64,000 nt of DNA. It comes from Nanobdellota archaeon. Its GTDB lineage: Archaea; Nanobdellota; Nanobdellia; Parvarchaeales; Parvarchaeaceae. This document shows, piece by piece, positions 1 through 9,429 of this stretch. The translations under genes were made by a program, and so were the position numbers. Below the pieces are notes generated by a model. The model did no database searches and had not been told where the DNA came from. It was given only the letters and a program-made list of their open reading frames with translations. The stretch's first letter is position 1. Every line of letters starts with the position of its first letter. The stretch is from positions 19,377 through 83,376 of the forward strand of contig JAJYZA010000001.1 of the NCBI GenBank assembly GCA_021800365.1, written 5' to 3'.

Positions 1-38
1 CTAATCAGTATATATAATATCATGCTTAAGATAGGAAT

Positions 39-761
39 ATGCCAAAGGTAAGAATAACACAAAAGAGAAATGGGATTCGCAAAGCAATTAGGAAATTCGC
101 AAATCGTTTCACTCTAACTGAGGTGTGGAACATATTGGTTGCCTGGATAATCCTTTCCGTCGCGATAGGTCTTATTTTTTATGAGGGATTTGGACTTAAC
201 TTTTTCATTGCCTTTGCCGCGTCGGCGATAGTTTTATGGTTTGGATTTATAATGCACGAATTGATGCACAAATTTACTGCACAGGGCTATAGGTACCATG
301 CAGAGTTTAGAATGTGGCTATGGGGGGTCTTATTGGCGTTAGTACTCCCACTACTCGGTTTGCCATACGTATTCGCTGCGCCGGGTGCGACATATTTTAG
401 TCCAGATTCTCAAGAGATGTATCTAGACCCAGCCGGATTTAGGCGCAGATATGGCATAATCTCTTTGGCTGGCCCAAGAACAAATCTTATTTCTGGTGTT
501 GCCTTCAGCGCACTATTCTTTCTGTTTGTTTACGCCTTTGAAATGTTTCCATCCGGATTACTTGCTTTCGGCATAATTGTTGCTTCAATAGGTTCTTTTA
601 TAAACTTTTATTGGGCCGTGTTCAACCTACTGCCAATAAATCCACTTGACGGATATAAGGTAATAAATTGGAATAAGCGACTCTGGGTATATTACTTTGT
701 ATTATCGATAGCGCTTACTGTCTTTAGTTTCTTTTTTATATATTCAAAAATATTTTATTAA
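39..761 (+). CDS. Site-2 protease family (M50) membrane zinc metallopeptidase
   Basis: Polytopic membrane protein with a HELMH (HExxH) motif in a transmembrane segment and a downstream NLLPINPLDG (LDG) motif typical of S2P/M50. Confidence 0.55.
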   Translation: MPKVRITQKRNGIRKAIRKFANRFTLTEVWNILVAWIILSVAIGLIFYEGFGLNFFIAFAASAIVLWFGFIMHELMHKFTAQGYRYHAEFRMWLWGVLLALVLPLLGLPYVFAAPGATYFSPDSQEMYLDPAGFRRRYGIISLAGPRTNLISGVAFSALFFLFVYAFEMFPSGLLAFGIIVASIGSFINFYWAVFNLLPINPLDGYKVINWNKRLWVYYFVLSIALTVFSFFFIYSKIFY

Positions 762-795
762 GTAGCTATTTATAGCTGCACTGCAAAATATAACT

Positions 796-1491
796 ATGCA
801 ATCAATAAAACTTAAAAAGTCACTTAATCCTGGAGGGTACATAATAAGCTCGTTTCAGACAGTTGGTTACATTTCTATCCTAGCTACAAAATATCTGGAA
901 GAGAAGCATATTATAAAAGACGCTGGCTTTTTGGAACTGGACATAGGGACTCCGATAGCAGTTATAGAAAACGGAGAAGTCGGCTTTCCCATTAGAGTTT
1001 ATCAAGCAAATAACTCGATTCTCATAAGCTCACAGTTTCCTCTATCACAATCCTCGATAAAAAACGTTATATCGGCCATAGTAGATTTATATAAAAAATA
1101 TAAGTATAAAGGGATAATTTGTCTCGACGGACTCTCCATTGAGCAAGGAAAAGAAAATAGTGATATATATTATACTGCCACTAAAAACGGTTTCCAGCCG
1201 ACCGGTGGTAAAAAACTTGAGAGCGGAGCCATAATCGGATTAAATGCAGAACTAATGCTGCGTGCACAAGTAGAAGGTATCCCTGCGACCATTTTGATGG
1301 CCGAAACGCACTCTGATATACCGGACGGGATAGCTGCAGCATCATTAATTTCTGCCCTTGCGCCAATTGGAATAAAGGTTGACACGACAGAACTTGTTTC
1401 TCAGTATAAGAAGACATTAGAAAAAATAAATCAGATGCTGAAACGCGTTCCTCAAAAAGAAGCGCCGAAAAATCAAGAACTCTACGGTTAA
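796..1491 (+). CDS. PAC2-family proteasome assembly chaperone-like protein
   Basis: About 230 aa soluble protein with PAC2-like architecture. The C-terminus ends in ...ELYG, a hydrophobic-Tyr-X motif used by archaeal PbaA/PbaB-type chaperones to dock on proteasome alpha rings. Confidence 0.4.
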   Translation: MQSIKLKKSLNPGGYIISSFQTVGYISILATKYLEEKHIIKDAGFLELDIGTPIAVIENGEVGFPIRVYQANNSILISSQFPLSQSSIKNVISAIVDLYKKYKYKGIICLDGLSIEQGKENSDIYYTATKNGFQPTGGKKLESGAIIGLNAELMLRAQVEGIPATILMAETHSDIPDGIAAASLISALAPIGIKVDTTELVSQYKKTLEKINQMLKRVPQKEAPKNQELYG

Positions 1492-1494
1492 GTT

Positions 1495-1944
1495 TTAATT
1501 TTCTGTTGCTTTTGAAGCAATGTCATTTAGGTACTTAGAAATTTCCCCGTCCATAAACGACGTGGAATATGCAGTTATATCGTGTATATTTACCCACTTG
1601 TATGCTTGGAAAAATCCGCTTATTTCGGGTTCCCCGCTCAAGTAATCCGCGACGTATACAATGTATGAAATCTTTGGATTTTCGGATGGATTATACTTGA
1701 AAATCCTCTGGCTAAGGGTGTATTTTAAGCCAATTCGGCTAAGAAAATCATTTATATTTTTTCTTGGACTCTCGTCTTCGCTTATATTCAAAAACGGAAA
1801 CACCCAGGAAGCTCTTGGCAATAATTTGTCCTGTTCCTTCAGTTTTACGAGAAGAACCGCGTCTTTTTTTAAGATTATTACAGATGCTCTCTTAAACATA
1901 TAATTATTATAAGATACCGATATAAAAGTGTAAAAACAGTGCAA
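1495..1944 (-). CDS. hypothetical protein (weak Nudix-like motif)
   Basis: 149 aa ORF. The stretch FPFLNISEDESPRKNINDFLSRIG loosely resembles a degenerate Nudix box. No strong motif. Confidence 0.2.
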   Translation of the reverse strand: MHCFYTFISVSYNNYMFKRASVIILKKDAVLLVKLKEQDKLLPRASWVFPFLNISEDESPRKNINDFLSRIGLKYTLSQRIFKYNPSENPKISYIVYVADYLSGEPEISGFFQAYKWVNIHDITAYSTSFMDGEISKYLNDIASKATEN

Positions 1945-2266
1945 TTATTTATAGACAGGGATGCTAAAGTAAGGATGGACCGAGCGAGCTTGGTTGTTCT
2001 ATTAGTACTCGCCGTACTTGTAATTGCAGCCGCGGTATTCTACACAAACACGGGTGAGAACCACCGTTCGGTTGCGGTCGGATTATGCGAGATAAAATGT
2101 CAAAATTTAACTGCAAGTTCAAATGCGTATAATAATATTTGTGCGGTTAAAAATATAAGTTATGGTTATTCCTGCGCAATATCGCAGGTGGAAAATTCTT
2201 CCATTTGTAACAACCAAGCTACGATTTATGTAAATAATAACTGTCAGCTTGTATCCGTTGGCTAGT

Positions 2267-2926
2267 TTATTTTGCTTTTATAACCTGAGAAAGTTTCTTT
2301 ATTTTTTCATTAAGAAAGTCTATCCTGTTACGCTTCTCCCCAACAACTTCCGCTGCATCCATGTGAACTAATACAGAATTGCAGTTGACACATCTAAAAT
2401 CATTCTCTAGCGCTTCTTTCATATCATATCTTCTGTTGCACGTTTCGCAGAGATAAAAATCGCTGACTTTGTTCAGATCTATTGCCTTCTTTGCCTGATT
2501 TATCTCATCCTCGTATTCCTTTTGTATCAGAAAAACCAGTCTCTCCGGATTTGCGCTCCAGTAATAAGTGTACCACGCCTTGTATCCCCTTTTCTTCTTT
2601 ACGTATGAAACCAGATTTTTGTTATATAACCTATAAAGAAATTTCCTGATTGCATTTGCTTTCTCAAAATTAAGTTTCCTGGCAAGTAAGTTTTCCTCAA
2701 TCGGACCATGAATAATAAGATATTTAAATATTTCCAGTCCCTTTTCTCCAGCCAGGTCTGTAACGTATTTTATGGCTTCTTCGAGGGATAGAAGCTTTTT
2801 AATGTTAACTATTATTTTTTTTGCTGGTGGTCGTTGGTTATTTGTCTGTTTCACCGATTTTTTATGTTTAACTTGTAGTCTTCTTTTTACTTTGACAGGT
2901 TTTTTCTTCCTGATTTTCTTTGACAT
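2267..2926 (-). CDS. tfe: Transcription factor E (TFE/TFIIE-alpha homolog) with a basic N-terminal tail
   Basis: Winged-helix region (LSLEEAIKYVTDLAGEKGLEIFKYLIIHGPIEENLLARKLNF) followed by a zinc ribbon (CETCNRRY...CVNCNS). Preceded by about 43 aa of a Lys/Arg-rich tail. Confidence 0.65.
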   Translation of the reverse strand: MSKKIRKKKPVKVKRRLQVKHKKSVKQTNNQRPPAKKIIVNIKKLLSLEEAIKYVTDLAGEKGLEIFKYLIIHGPIEENLLARKLNFEKANAIRKFLYRLYNKNLVSYVKKKRGYKAWYTYYWSANPERLVFLIQKEYEDEINQAKKAIDLNKVSDFYLCETCNRRYDMKEALENDFRCVNCNSVLVHMDAAEVVGEKRNRIDFLNEKIKKLSQVIKAK

Positions 2927-2965
2927 ATTGATTATTTACACAGCCATATCATATAAATCTACTCA

Positions 2966-4453
2966 TTATAAATTAGAAAACAGTAATGTGCCAAGCGGCG
3001 ATAATAATATAAAGAACACTGAGAATGCGATTATAACCCAATTAGTAATTCTTTCCTGTAATTTCTGGTCGGGTGTAAAGTAGCCTATAAATTCATTCAC
3101 TATCTTACAACCATCGGTTATATAGAATATTGGCAAAAAGTTTGCAAGACCGACCCCCAAGGAGATGATAAATAACCAAAGGAACAGTCCATCGAACCAG
3201 TATAATATCTGTGACCCGAAACCACTGTTTGGGTATGCGGTCGGCGCTATCGGTTGTATTATAAACTGACTCGGGCTCGTCTGTGAAAAATCGTCTATTA
3301 GTCCAAGCGGAGATACCGATTGCACGAAGCCGCCTTCGATACCAATGTAACTGTGCGTTTTTGTAGTTATAGAAGCATTATACGTCGTTTTTATGGTATA
3401 TACATTGCCAGAAGAGTCCGTAAGATTAACATATTGCCCCGGAGTCACGCTTAAATAATACTCAGCTTCTGAAGGGCTAAAGAATTGATTGCCGTTTATC
3501 TCTGTTATCGTCGTGTTTGGTTTTAAGCCGGCATTATATGCTGGACCATTTTTTATTACCCCGACTATGTACAATGCGGACAAAAATGTTACGCTTGAAG
3601 GCTGTTTTATACTATAAACGTTGCCAGAAGAGTCTGTTAGATTAATATATCGGCCAGAGGTTGCACTTAAATAATACTCAGCTTCTGAAGGGCTAAAGAA
3701 TTGATTGCCGTTTATCTCTGTTATCGTCGTGTTTGGTTTTAAGCCGGCATTATATGCCAAACTTCCATGCAAAACTCCAAGTGTATTCATTGCTAGAGAT
3801 GATGAAACTGCATGTATGCCGATTATGTAATTTGACAACAAAAAATAAATCACCAAAAATGCTATTCCGAGCAAGATATTTGTAAATGAACCGGCTGCAA
3901 GTACTTTAAGTCTATCCCCCCTGCTAGCCTTTGCAAATCGTTTTTCGTCTGGCTCAACGAATGCCAATGGAAGGAACGCTAAGAAAAAGCCGAACCCTGA
4001 GGATTTTAACTTTATCCGCTTTGATAGTGCGACTATCCCATGTGAAGCTTCATGCAATACTATTACAACTACCAAGGCTATAAGCCAATATATAACTGGT
4101 ACACCAAGAACCCCCGGGACTCCAGATACCGGTAACAGTAGCTGTAGCTGCGGTGTTGTTGACGCAGGCTGCGATATCATCTGCCCAAAATATGGCACCA
4201 AAAGATATAGCATAAGTGCTATTGAAACGAAGGCGGCAAATACCCCCATAACAGAATATATATTTACTATACGCTTGTACTTTGCAAAGCGTTTCATAAT
4301 TTTTAAACCCAAGTGAGTTCTGTATATGAACATTACTTTTGCTTCTACTGAGAATTTTTTCCGATTGATAATTACAAAAACCACCAATATCGCAAAAACG
4401 ACAAGCGCAATAAGATTATTTTCATTTGCGAAAAAGAAACTAGTAAAGGACAT
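2966..4453 (-). CDS. Site-2 protease (M50) with tandem duplicated PDZ domains
   Basis: HEASHGIVA HExxH motif in a transmembrane helix, multiple transmembrane segments and two near-identical about 72 aa PDZ-like repeats (AYNAGLKPNTTITEINGNQFFSPSEAEYYLS...LTDSSGNVY). Confidence 0.6.
   Translation of the reverse strand: MSFTSFFFANENNLIALVVFAILVVFVIINRKKFSVEAKVMFIYRTHLGLKIMKRFAKYKRIVNIYSVMGVFAAFVSIALMLYLLVPYFGQMISQPASTTPQLQLLLPVSGVPGVLGVPVIYWLIALVVVIVLHEASHGIVALSKRIKLKSSGFGFFLAFLPLAFVEPDEKRFAKASRGDRLKVLAAGSFTNILLGIAFLVIYFLLSNYIIGIHAVSSSLAMNTLGVLHGSLAYNAGLKPNTTITEINGNQFFSPSEAEYYLSATSGRYINLTDSSGNVYSIKQPSSVTFLSALYIVGVIKNGPAYNAGLKPNTTITEINGNQFFSPSEAEYYLSVTPGQYVNLTDSSGNVYTIKTTYNASITTKTHSYIGIEGGFVQSVSPLGLIDDFSQTSPSQFIIQPIAPTAYPNSGFGSQILYWFDGLFLWLFIISLGVGLANFLPIFYITDGCKIVNEFIGYFTPDQKLQERITNWVIIAFSVFFILLSPLGTLLFSNL
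3450..3541. repeat. 92-bp perfect direct repeat, copy A, inside the S2P-PDZ gene
   Basis: Identical 92-mer cttaaataatactcagcttctgaagggctaaag...gccggcattatatgc occurs again at 3666..3757. The period is 216 bp, which is 72 codons. Confidence 0.85.
3666..3757. repeat. 92-bp perfect direct repeat, copy B
   Basis: Second copy of the same 92-mer. The flanks have diverged at DNA level but are conserved at protein level. Confidence 0.85.
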
Positions 4454-4460
4454 AAGGTAC

Positions 4461-4649
4461 CTAGACCTTTAGTTTCCTCAATTCCTTATGCTTTGGTCTA
4501 AGTGCTTTACTACCGCAATTTCTGCACCTTATTTGCATCGGCCTTAAAAGTTTTGGGTTTGATACTCTTATCTTTGTATTGCAATTTCTGCATACATAGA
4601 TGTTTCTAAAAAGCCTCGCATCTGCTACTGGGTTGCTTCTTTCTGCCAT
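4461..4649 (-). CDS. rpl40e: 50S ribosomal protein L40e
   Basis: 62 aa protein with ARLFRNIYVCRNCNTKI...CRNCGSKALRPKHK, the characteristic C4 zinc ribbon of L40e. Confidence 0.8.
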   Translation of the reverse strand: MAERSNPVADARLFRNIYVCRNCNTKIRVSNPKLLRPMQIRCRNCGSKALRPKHKELRKLKV

Positions 4650-4709
4650 AGCTGTTTATTGTATCTTTTAAGTTTACTTGTATATAAACTTTTGTCGGTA
4701 TAGAATTAT

Positions 4710-5210
4710 ATGTTTATTGATATTGTAGAAAAAAACCGTGCAAAACTTGCTGTACAGCTTAAAGAACTGGGTTTTGAGGTTATTTTTGAGCTAAAAGGCG
4801 ATACTTTGATAGATCCCGAAGATAAGAACTCATTCGAACTACGCACTTACTATGGAAAAGATTATGATTTTGTTATACGGAAAGGAAAGGCCGATGTAAT
4901 TCTTAATCTAGAAAATAACGGTTTTCTACTCAATAAAGGGCTGTGCTCTAAACTTAAAGAGAACCATATGTTCGTAGTATTTAAATTCACTTCTTTGTTG
5001 GAGTCACAAGAAGTGTTTAAGACCTATAAGAATATGCTAATAAACGGCAGACTATGCGCAGATTACGGCGTTGATACGCTATATGTGTCTTCGGCTCGTG
5101 ACCTAGATGATATAAAGGCGCCTGCGCAGCTAGTCGCATTTGCGGAGCAGTTTGGATATCATTATCTAAATTACAAAAGGGCGATAGAAAACCTCTTAAA
5201 AAGAAAATAG
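4710..5210 (+). CDS. possible RNase P protein subunit Rpp30 (Rnp3)-like
   Basis: The FIDIVEKN start and the segments LNKGLCSKLKENHMFVVFKF and LYVSSARDLDDIKAPAQL recall a PHP-fold Rpp30. The ORF is shorter than typical, so this is tentative. Confidence 0.3.
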   Translation: MFIDIVEKNRAKLAVQLKELGFEVIFELKGDTLIDPEDKNSFELRTYYGKDYDFVIRKGKADVILNLENNGFLLNKGLCSKLKENHMFVVFKFTSLLESQEVFKTYKNMLINGRLCADYGVDTLYVSSARDLDDIKAPAQLVAFAEQFGYHYLNYKRAIENLLKRK

Positions 5211-5262
5211 ATAGAAAAATTCTAAACAAGGTTTATAAATATAGGCACCCGATAATAATATC

Positions 5263-6165
5263 ATGTCAGTAGCAAGAATGGTTCTGTTGTTCTCTGTGTT
5301 GTCATTGCTTCTGGTTGGACTTGGATCCATTATTGGCTATTTAGTCGGCGATTTTATCGTTATGCTATCCATATTCTTTGTAATCGCCATTGTAATAAAT
5401 GTCGTTTCGTATTTCAAGAGCGATTCAATAGCGATAAGGATGACGAGAACAAAACTCATAAAAAGAGAAGATAATCCAAGATTATATGATATGGTTAAAA
5501 AGGTCGCATCTGAAGCAAATATCCCAATGCCGCGTGTCGGAATTATGCCATCACAATCACCAAACGCATTCGCAACAGGACGGAATGAAAAACACGCTGT
5601 TGTAGTTGCAACAGACAGCATTTTGAGCATGCTAGATGATGATGAATTAGAAGCGGTTATCGGACATGAAATAAACCATATAACACATAAAGACGTATTA
5701 GTATGTACGGTGGCCGCGACAATTGCCATGATTATCTCTTATATAGGGAATATAGTCCTGTTTTCCGAGCTCTTCGGCGGAATGAATAACAGGAATGGAA
5801 ACACTAATCTATTATTACTACTTTCGGCGATTTTGATACCGTTGGGCGCTACATTCGTACAACTTGGAATATCTAGATCACGCGAACTGGATGCAGACAT
5901 CGGTAGTGTAAACCTAGTTAAAAAGCCAGACCAACTTATAAGTTCACTAAAGAAAATAAGCCGGCCAATAAATGCTAATGCACACCAAAGGTTCGGGGTG
6001 CAAAGTCCCAGGCCCAATAGCAATGCGCAGAGCGGTGCATATTCCTCTCTTTTTATAGTCAATAACTTTGGTTCGCATGCGCTTCTGAGCTTATTTTCTA
6101 CGCACCCTTCACTGGAAAAAAGAATAGCGGCAATAACAAAAGCTAAAAACGATATGCATCTATAG
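5263..6165 (+). CDS. htpX: HtpX-like M48 membrane zinc metalloprotease
   Basis: Two N-terminal transmembrane segments, NAFATG...AVVVATD..L...ELEAVIGHEINHITHKD (HExxH) and two further transmembrane segments. This is the typical HtpX layout. Confidence 0.7.
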   Translation: MSVARMVLLFSVLSLLLVGLGSIIGYLVGDFIVMLSIFFVIAIVINVVSYFKSDSIAIRMTRTKLIKREDNPRLYDMVKKVASEANIPMPRVGIMPSQSPNAFATGRNEKHAVVVATDSILSMLDDDELEAVIGHEINHITHKDVLVCTVAATIAMIISYIGNIVLFSELFGGMNNRNGNTNLLLLLSAILIPLGATFVQLGISRSRELDADIGSVNLVKKPDQLISSLKKISRPINANAHQRFGVQSPRPNSNAQSGAYSSLFIVNNFGSHALLSLFSTHPSLEKRIAAITKAKNDMHL

Positions 6166-6230
6166 CTAAAAACTATTATATCAAACTACGTGCCAAATAC
6201 CTTTTAATATACTAAATTGCTATAAAAGTT

Positions 6231-7769
6231 ATGGAAATAGCCCACGTACTTGAGAGGGGATTTGGTTATCTCCTTCTTCTTTTCTCATTGCCGATGTTCA
6301 TGGGGTTATATATCGCATTTCATTCTGGCTTAGTTTCCCCGTTTTTCCTGCAAGGACTATCCAGTACGATATCTTCTTTTACCAATAATTCGTTATTATC
6401 GGGTCTGTTTAGCTTTTCCATCCTTAATAACCTGCTGTTTGTTTCTGGTCTCGTTGCTATAGCTGGCGGGGCGCTGATTCTATTTGGCAGCAAGGATTAT
6501 ACTGGATTATCCGCCATAGGAACGGAGGTATTAATCATATCTGTGCTTTCGCTCGTGTTTGCATATGCTACTTCTTCTTATTTACTGCCTTATGCCATAT
6601 CACATGTAACGGCTTCAGCTTCTAGTATAACTTCTATAGTATCGACTATCGCCTCACCATTGATTTCTGAGGTATTCGTAGTTGATGTTGTCTTTATAGC
6701 TTTCGGAGCCGCGCTTATAGCTTTAAGATTCCTACTGCCATATTTGGTAAAAACCATCTCATCAAAAAGAGCTGCAGCTAATAAGAATAAACGCGCGACT
6801 GTGCCTACATACTCATTATATCGATATGTCGGTATACCAGTTGGAAGCGCTGTGATGATCCTTATTTTAGCGTTAATGACGATCTTTGGCCCTTCTCTCT
6901 TTTCTGGAACCACTTATCAGACAACTGCCATAGCTGCAAACAGCGTGTCCTTAGCATACCAATCTCTAGCGGAAACCCCACAGATACTTAATCTATCTGA
7001 TTTTTACTTTTTATCAGCTCCAAACCTAAATAGTACATATAACGGACAGCTAACATTATCGCCCTCCTTTGAGCCCATGCCATTTGCGTTACCGATGCAA
7101 TTTTCTATTTCAAAACTCAATGATCCGTTTTTAAGGGTTAATTTTGACATTAACATAAGCGAGTTTAGCGGATTGATAAGTGCATTTCATCCAAGTAACT
7201 CCACCCAGATACCAAATAATATAAAATTTACTTTCCTTTATAACGAATCCGGTATAATTACCTGCTCTAATTTAGCAAACGGCTTATCTGCCTCCGCCGG
7301 CTTGCAATGCAATTACAACTCATTGCCAAGAAACTTTTCAAAAATCCTTATGAATATAAATAGCAGTAATGCCAATGATTCTATAATCGGCACGCTGTTC
7401 GAGGCATTTAGTTTGCCTGCACATTTATTGTCATCTAACCAAAATAGTTCTACTCCCTTACAGAATTACTTACCTACTTTCACCTTTATAAACCACGTTA
7501 GCTATAATGGAAACAATTGCAGTTTATTTGATATCAACGGAAACTATTCTATATCAAAGACACAGGGGCAAATATGTATTTTAGATACCGACGGTTTACC
7601 CGCATTCTTAAATATAAACGAAATTCTATCGACTGGAAATGCCGGGTCATTTGACATAAAATTTGCATTTGGTCTTACTGCGTTAACTGGTAACGTGACC
7701 TTGACAGGAATAAATAGCCTACCACAAAACGTAACATTCACAAGTAGCGCCACCGGGATATTCGGTTAA
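6231..7769 (+). CDS. hypothetical membrane-anchored surface protein, Asn/Ser/Thr-rich
   Basis: About 220 aa polytopic N-terminal domain followed by about 290 aa of low-complexity sequence rich in N-x-S/T sequons (NLS, NST, NIS, NSS, NCS, NYS, NVT...). Probably N-glycosylated. Confidence 0.35.
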   Translation: MEIAHVLERGFGYLLLLFSLPMFMGLYIAFHSGLVSPFFLQGLSSTISSFTNNSLLSGLFSFSILNNLLFVSGLVAIAGGALILFGSKDYTGLSAIGTEVLIISVLSLVFAYATSSYLLPYAISHVTASASSITSIVSTIASPLISEVFVVDVVFIAFGAALIALRFLLPYLVKTISSKRAAANKNKRATVPTYSLYRYVGIPVGSAVMILILALMTIFGPSLFSGTTYQTTAIAANSVSLAYQSLAETPQILNLSDFYFLSAPNLNSTYNGQLTLSPSFEPMPFALPMQFSISKLNDPFLRVNFDINISEFSGLISAFHPSNSTQIPNNIKFTFLYNESGIITCSNLANGLSASAGLQCNYNSLPRNFSKILMNINSSNANDSIIGTLFEAFSLPAHLLSSNQNSSTPLQNYLPTFTFINHVSYNGNNCSLFDINGNYSISKTQGQICILDTDGLPAFLNINEILSTGNAGSFDIKFAFGLTALTGNVTLTGINSLPQNVTFTSSATGIFG

Positions 7770-7836
7770 TCTAATTAATAAGGTAAGACAAAAATAGGTC
7801 ATTTTATAAAAGTTGGGCGATTAAGATTTAGTATTG

Positions 7837-7910
7837 GCTCCCGTAGTCTAGCTTGGATAGAACACTGGCCTGCGAAGCCGGTGACCTGGGTTCAAATCCC
7901 AGCGGGGGCA
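7837..7910 (+). tRNA. tRNA-Arg(GCG)
   Basis: Acceptor GCTCCCG/CGGGGGC, anticodon stem CTGGC/GCCGG with loop CTGCGAA, T-arm CTGGG-TTCAAAT-CCCAG, discriminator A. No encoded CCA. Confidence 0.75.
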
Positions 7911-7937
7911 AATAACCTTTGGCACTCATCCACTTTC

Positions 7938-8396
7938 CTATGCCCTTCCATATTCGTCCTTGAGCCTAGTGATGTCGTTCTCGTCATAACGCCCGAATGA
8001 TATCTCCAATATAATCGCATCGCTTAATGCAGTCATCCTATGCCTGTCTCCTACCGGCACTTTCGCGGTATCGCCTATTTTAAGTAAAGTCTTTTTATCA
8101 TTTATTATCGCCTCGACCTCGCCAGAGGCAACCTTCCAATACTCGCTCCGATGCTCGTGGAACTGGTAGCTTAGACTCTGCCCTTTTTTTATGTACAGTA
8201 GCTTTACAATCGCGGGCTTTGCCTTAAGCTCAAACGATTCCCAGCTGCCCCAGGGCCGTGTATCGCTGGCAGAAAATTTATCAGACATAGAATCGAGCGC
8301 TTTGTTCGCCCTCTCGTCCTGTTGCCCTGCTACCACGGGTGCTTTTGAGTTATTCACGCCATTTTGTTGGTTACCCTTCAATTTTTCATCTCGCAT
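7938..8396 (-). CDS. cupin-domain protein
   Basis: SGEVEAIINDKKTLLKIGDTAKVPVGDRHRM matches a cupin beta-barrel signature. Gln/Asn-rich N-terminus. Confidence 0.5.
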   Translation of the reverse strand: MRDEKLKGNQQNGVNNSKAPVVAGQQDERANKALDSMSDKFSASDTRPWGSWESFELKAKPAIVKLLYIKKGQSLSYQFHEHRSEYWKVASGEVEAIINDKKTLLKIGDTAKVPVGDRHRMTALSDAIILEISFGRYDENDITRLKDEYGRA

Positions 8397-8484
8397 AGTT
8401 GAGATATTACAACAAGATATTTATACTTAATACATAATGCGAGTAATGTCCATAATGAACAAGAAAATACCTCTATTAGTAAGT

Positions 8485-8500
8485 AGTAAAGTATTTATAT
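8485..8500 (+). promoter_or_regulatory. BRE/TATA-like promoter motif AGTAAAGTATTTATAT
   Basis: A/T box 19 nt upstream of the ATG at 8519. The identical 16-mer recurs at 17775..17790. Confidence 0.5.
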
Positions 8501-8518
8501 AACCTCTTTTCAATTAAA

Positions 8519-9184
8519 ATGATGGAAAACGGTCTTGAAGAGGCTATAAAAGCTGCGGGAAGGATGAAATATACTGGGAGGGTGCCCGGTACGGACTATT
8601 TCTTTAAATCTCGAGTTTCATTATTAAAATCAAACTCAAGATATGGTGATGGGCAGTCAAAAAATGGCGGGGCGCCGTCTATAGAAGATGAGTACAATGC
8701 ACTGTCTGAAGTACATAAGATTATACCTAAAAACTCTCCGAAACCTGTCGCGTTGATAAGGGGTATAAACGGAGCCCCCAAGGGTTATTTGATGACGACT
8801 GTCCCTGGAAAAAGCTTAGAAGGACAACTTTATATCTCAGATGCGGCAAGAGGCGAATTGAGCCTGGCGTTGTCCGAATTGCACAAAAATGGGATAGCAC
8901 ATGGAGATCTTAGAACCAAAAACATACGCATTACAGACAATAGTGTGTACTTGATAGACCCATCGGGTCAATCTTGTCAATCTGACACGTATCAACAAAA
9001 ATTTGGGGAAGATGAGGTATTTGGTAGTTCAATTCTTAATGCGTTTCAATCGCGTGAACAGATACGTGAAACCCCTTACCGCATGGTAAAAGGCGTTATT
9101 AATCGATTAAAATATTCTTTTAATGCACGGGTTGCATACCACTTAAAAAGAAGCGGATCAAAAAGGATAGATTACCTAAAATAA
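8519..9184 (+). CDS. small protein-kinase-like fold protein (Bud32/RIO/Kdo-kinase-like)
   Basis: Catalytic loop GIAHGDLRTKNIRI (HGDLxxxN) and LIDPSG (DFG-equivalent). About 220 aa, comparable to Bud32-like atypical kinases. Confidence 0.45.
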   Translation: MMENGLEEAIKAAGRMKYTGRVPGTDYFFKSRVSLLKSNSRYGDGQSKNGGAPSIEDEYNALSEVHKIIPKNSPKPVALIRGINGAPKGYLMTTVPGKSLEGQLYISDAARGELSLALSELHKNGIAHGDLRTKNIRITDNSVYLIDPSGQSCQSDTYQQKFGEDEVFGSSILNAFQSREQIRETPYRMVKGVINRLKYSFNARVAYHLKRSGSKRIDYLK

Positions 9185-9429
9185 GTTGCTTTGACCCTTA
9201 CCCCATAAAATAAGCGTGTAAGGTATTCAGACCCTGCACAGTTAAAGGTTATTGGATTAAACATCGATTTTATCGGCCAGGCCGATTACCGCCGTTGTGG
9301 GGGGTTCGATGTAAAATTCATTAAATAATCTTCCCATTTGTGGCCCCTGTGTTGCACAATATCTGCCATAGATCAATAAGAATATTTAAAAGTTAAAATT
9401 ATTTATTAGCTGATAAAATCAAATAACGT

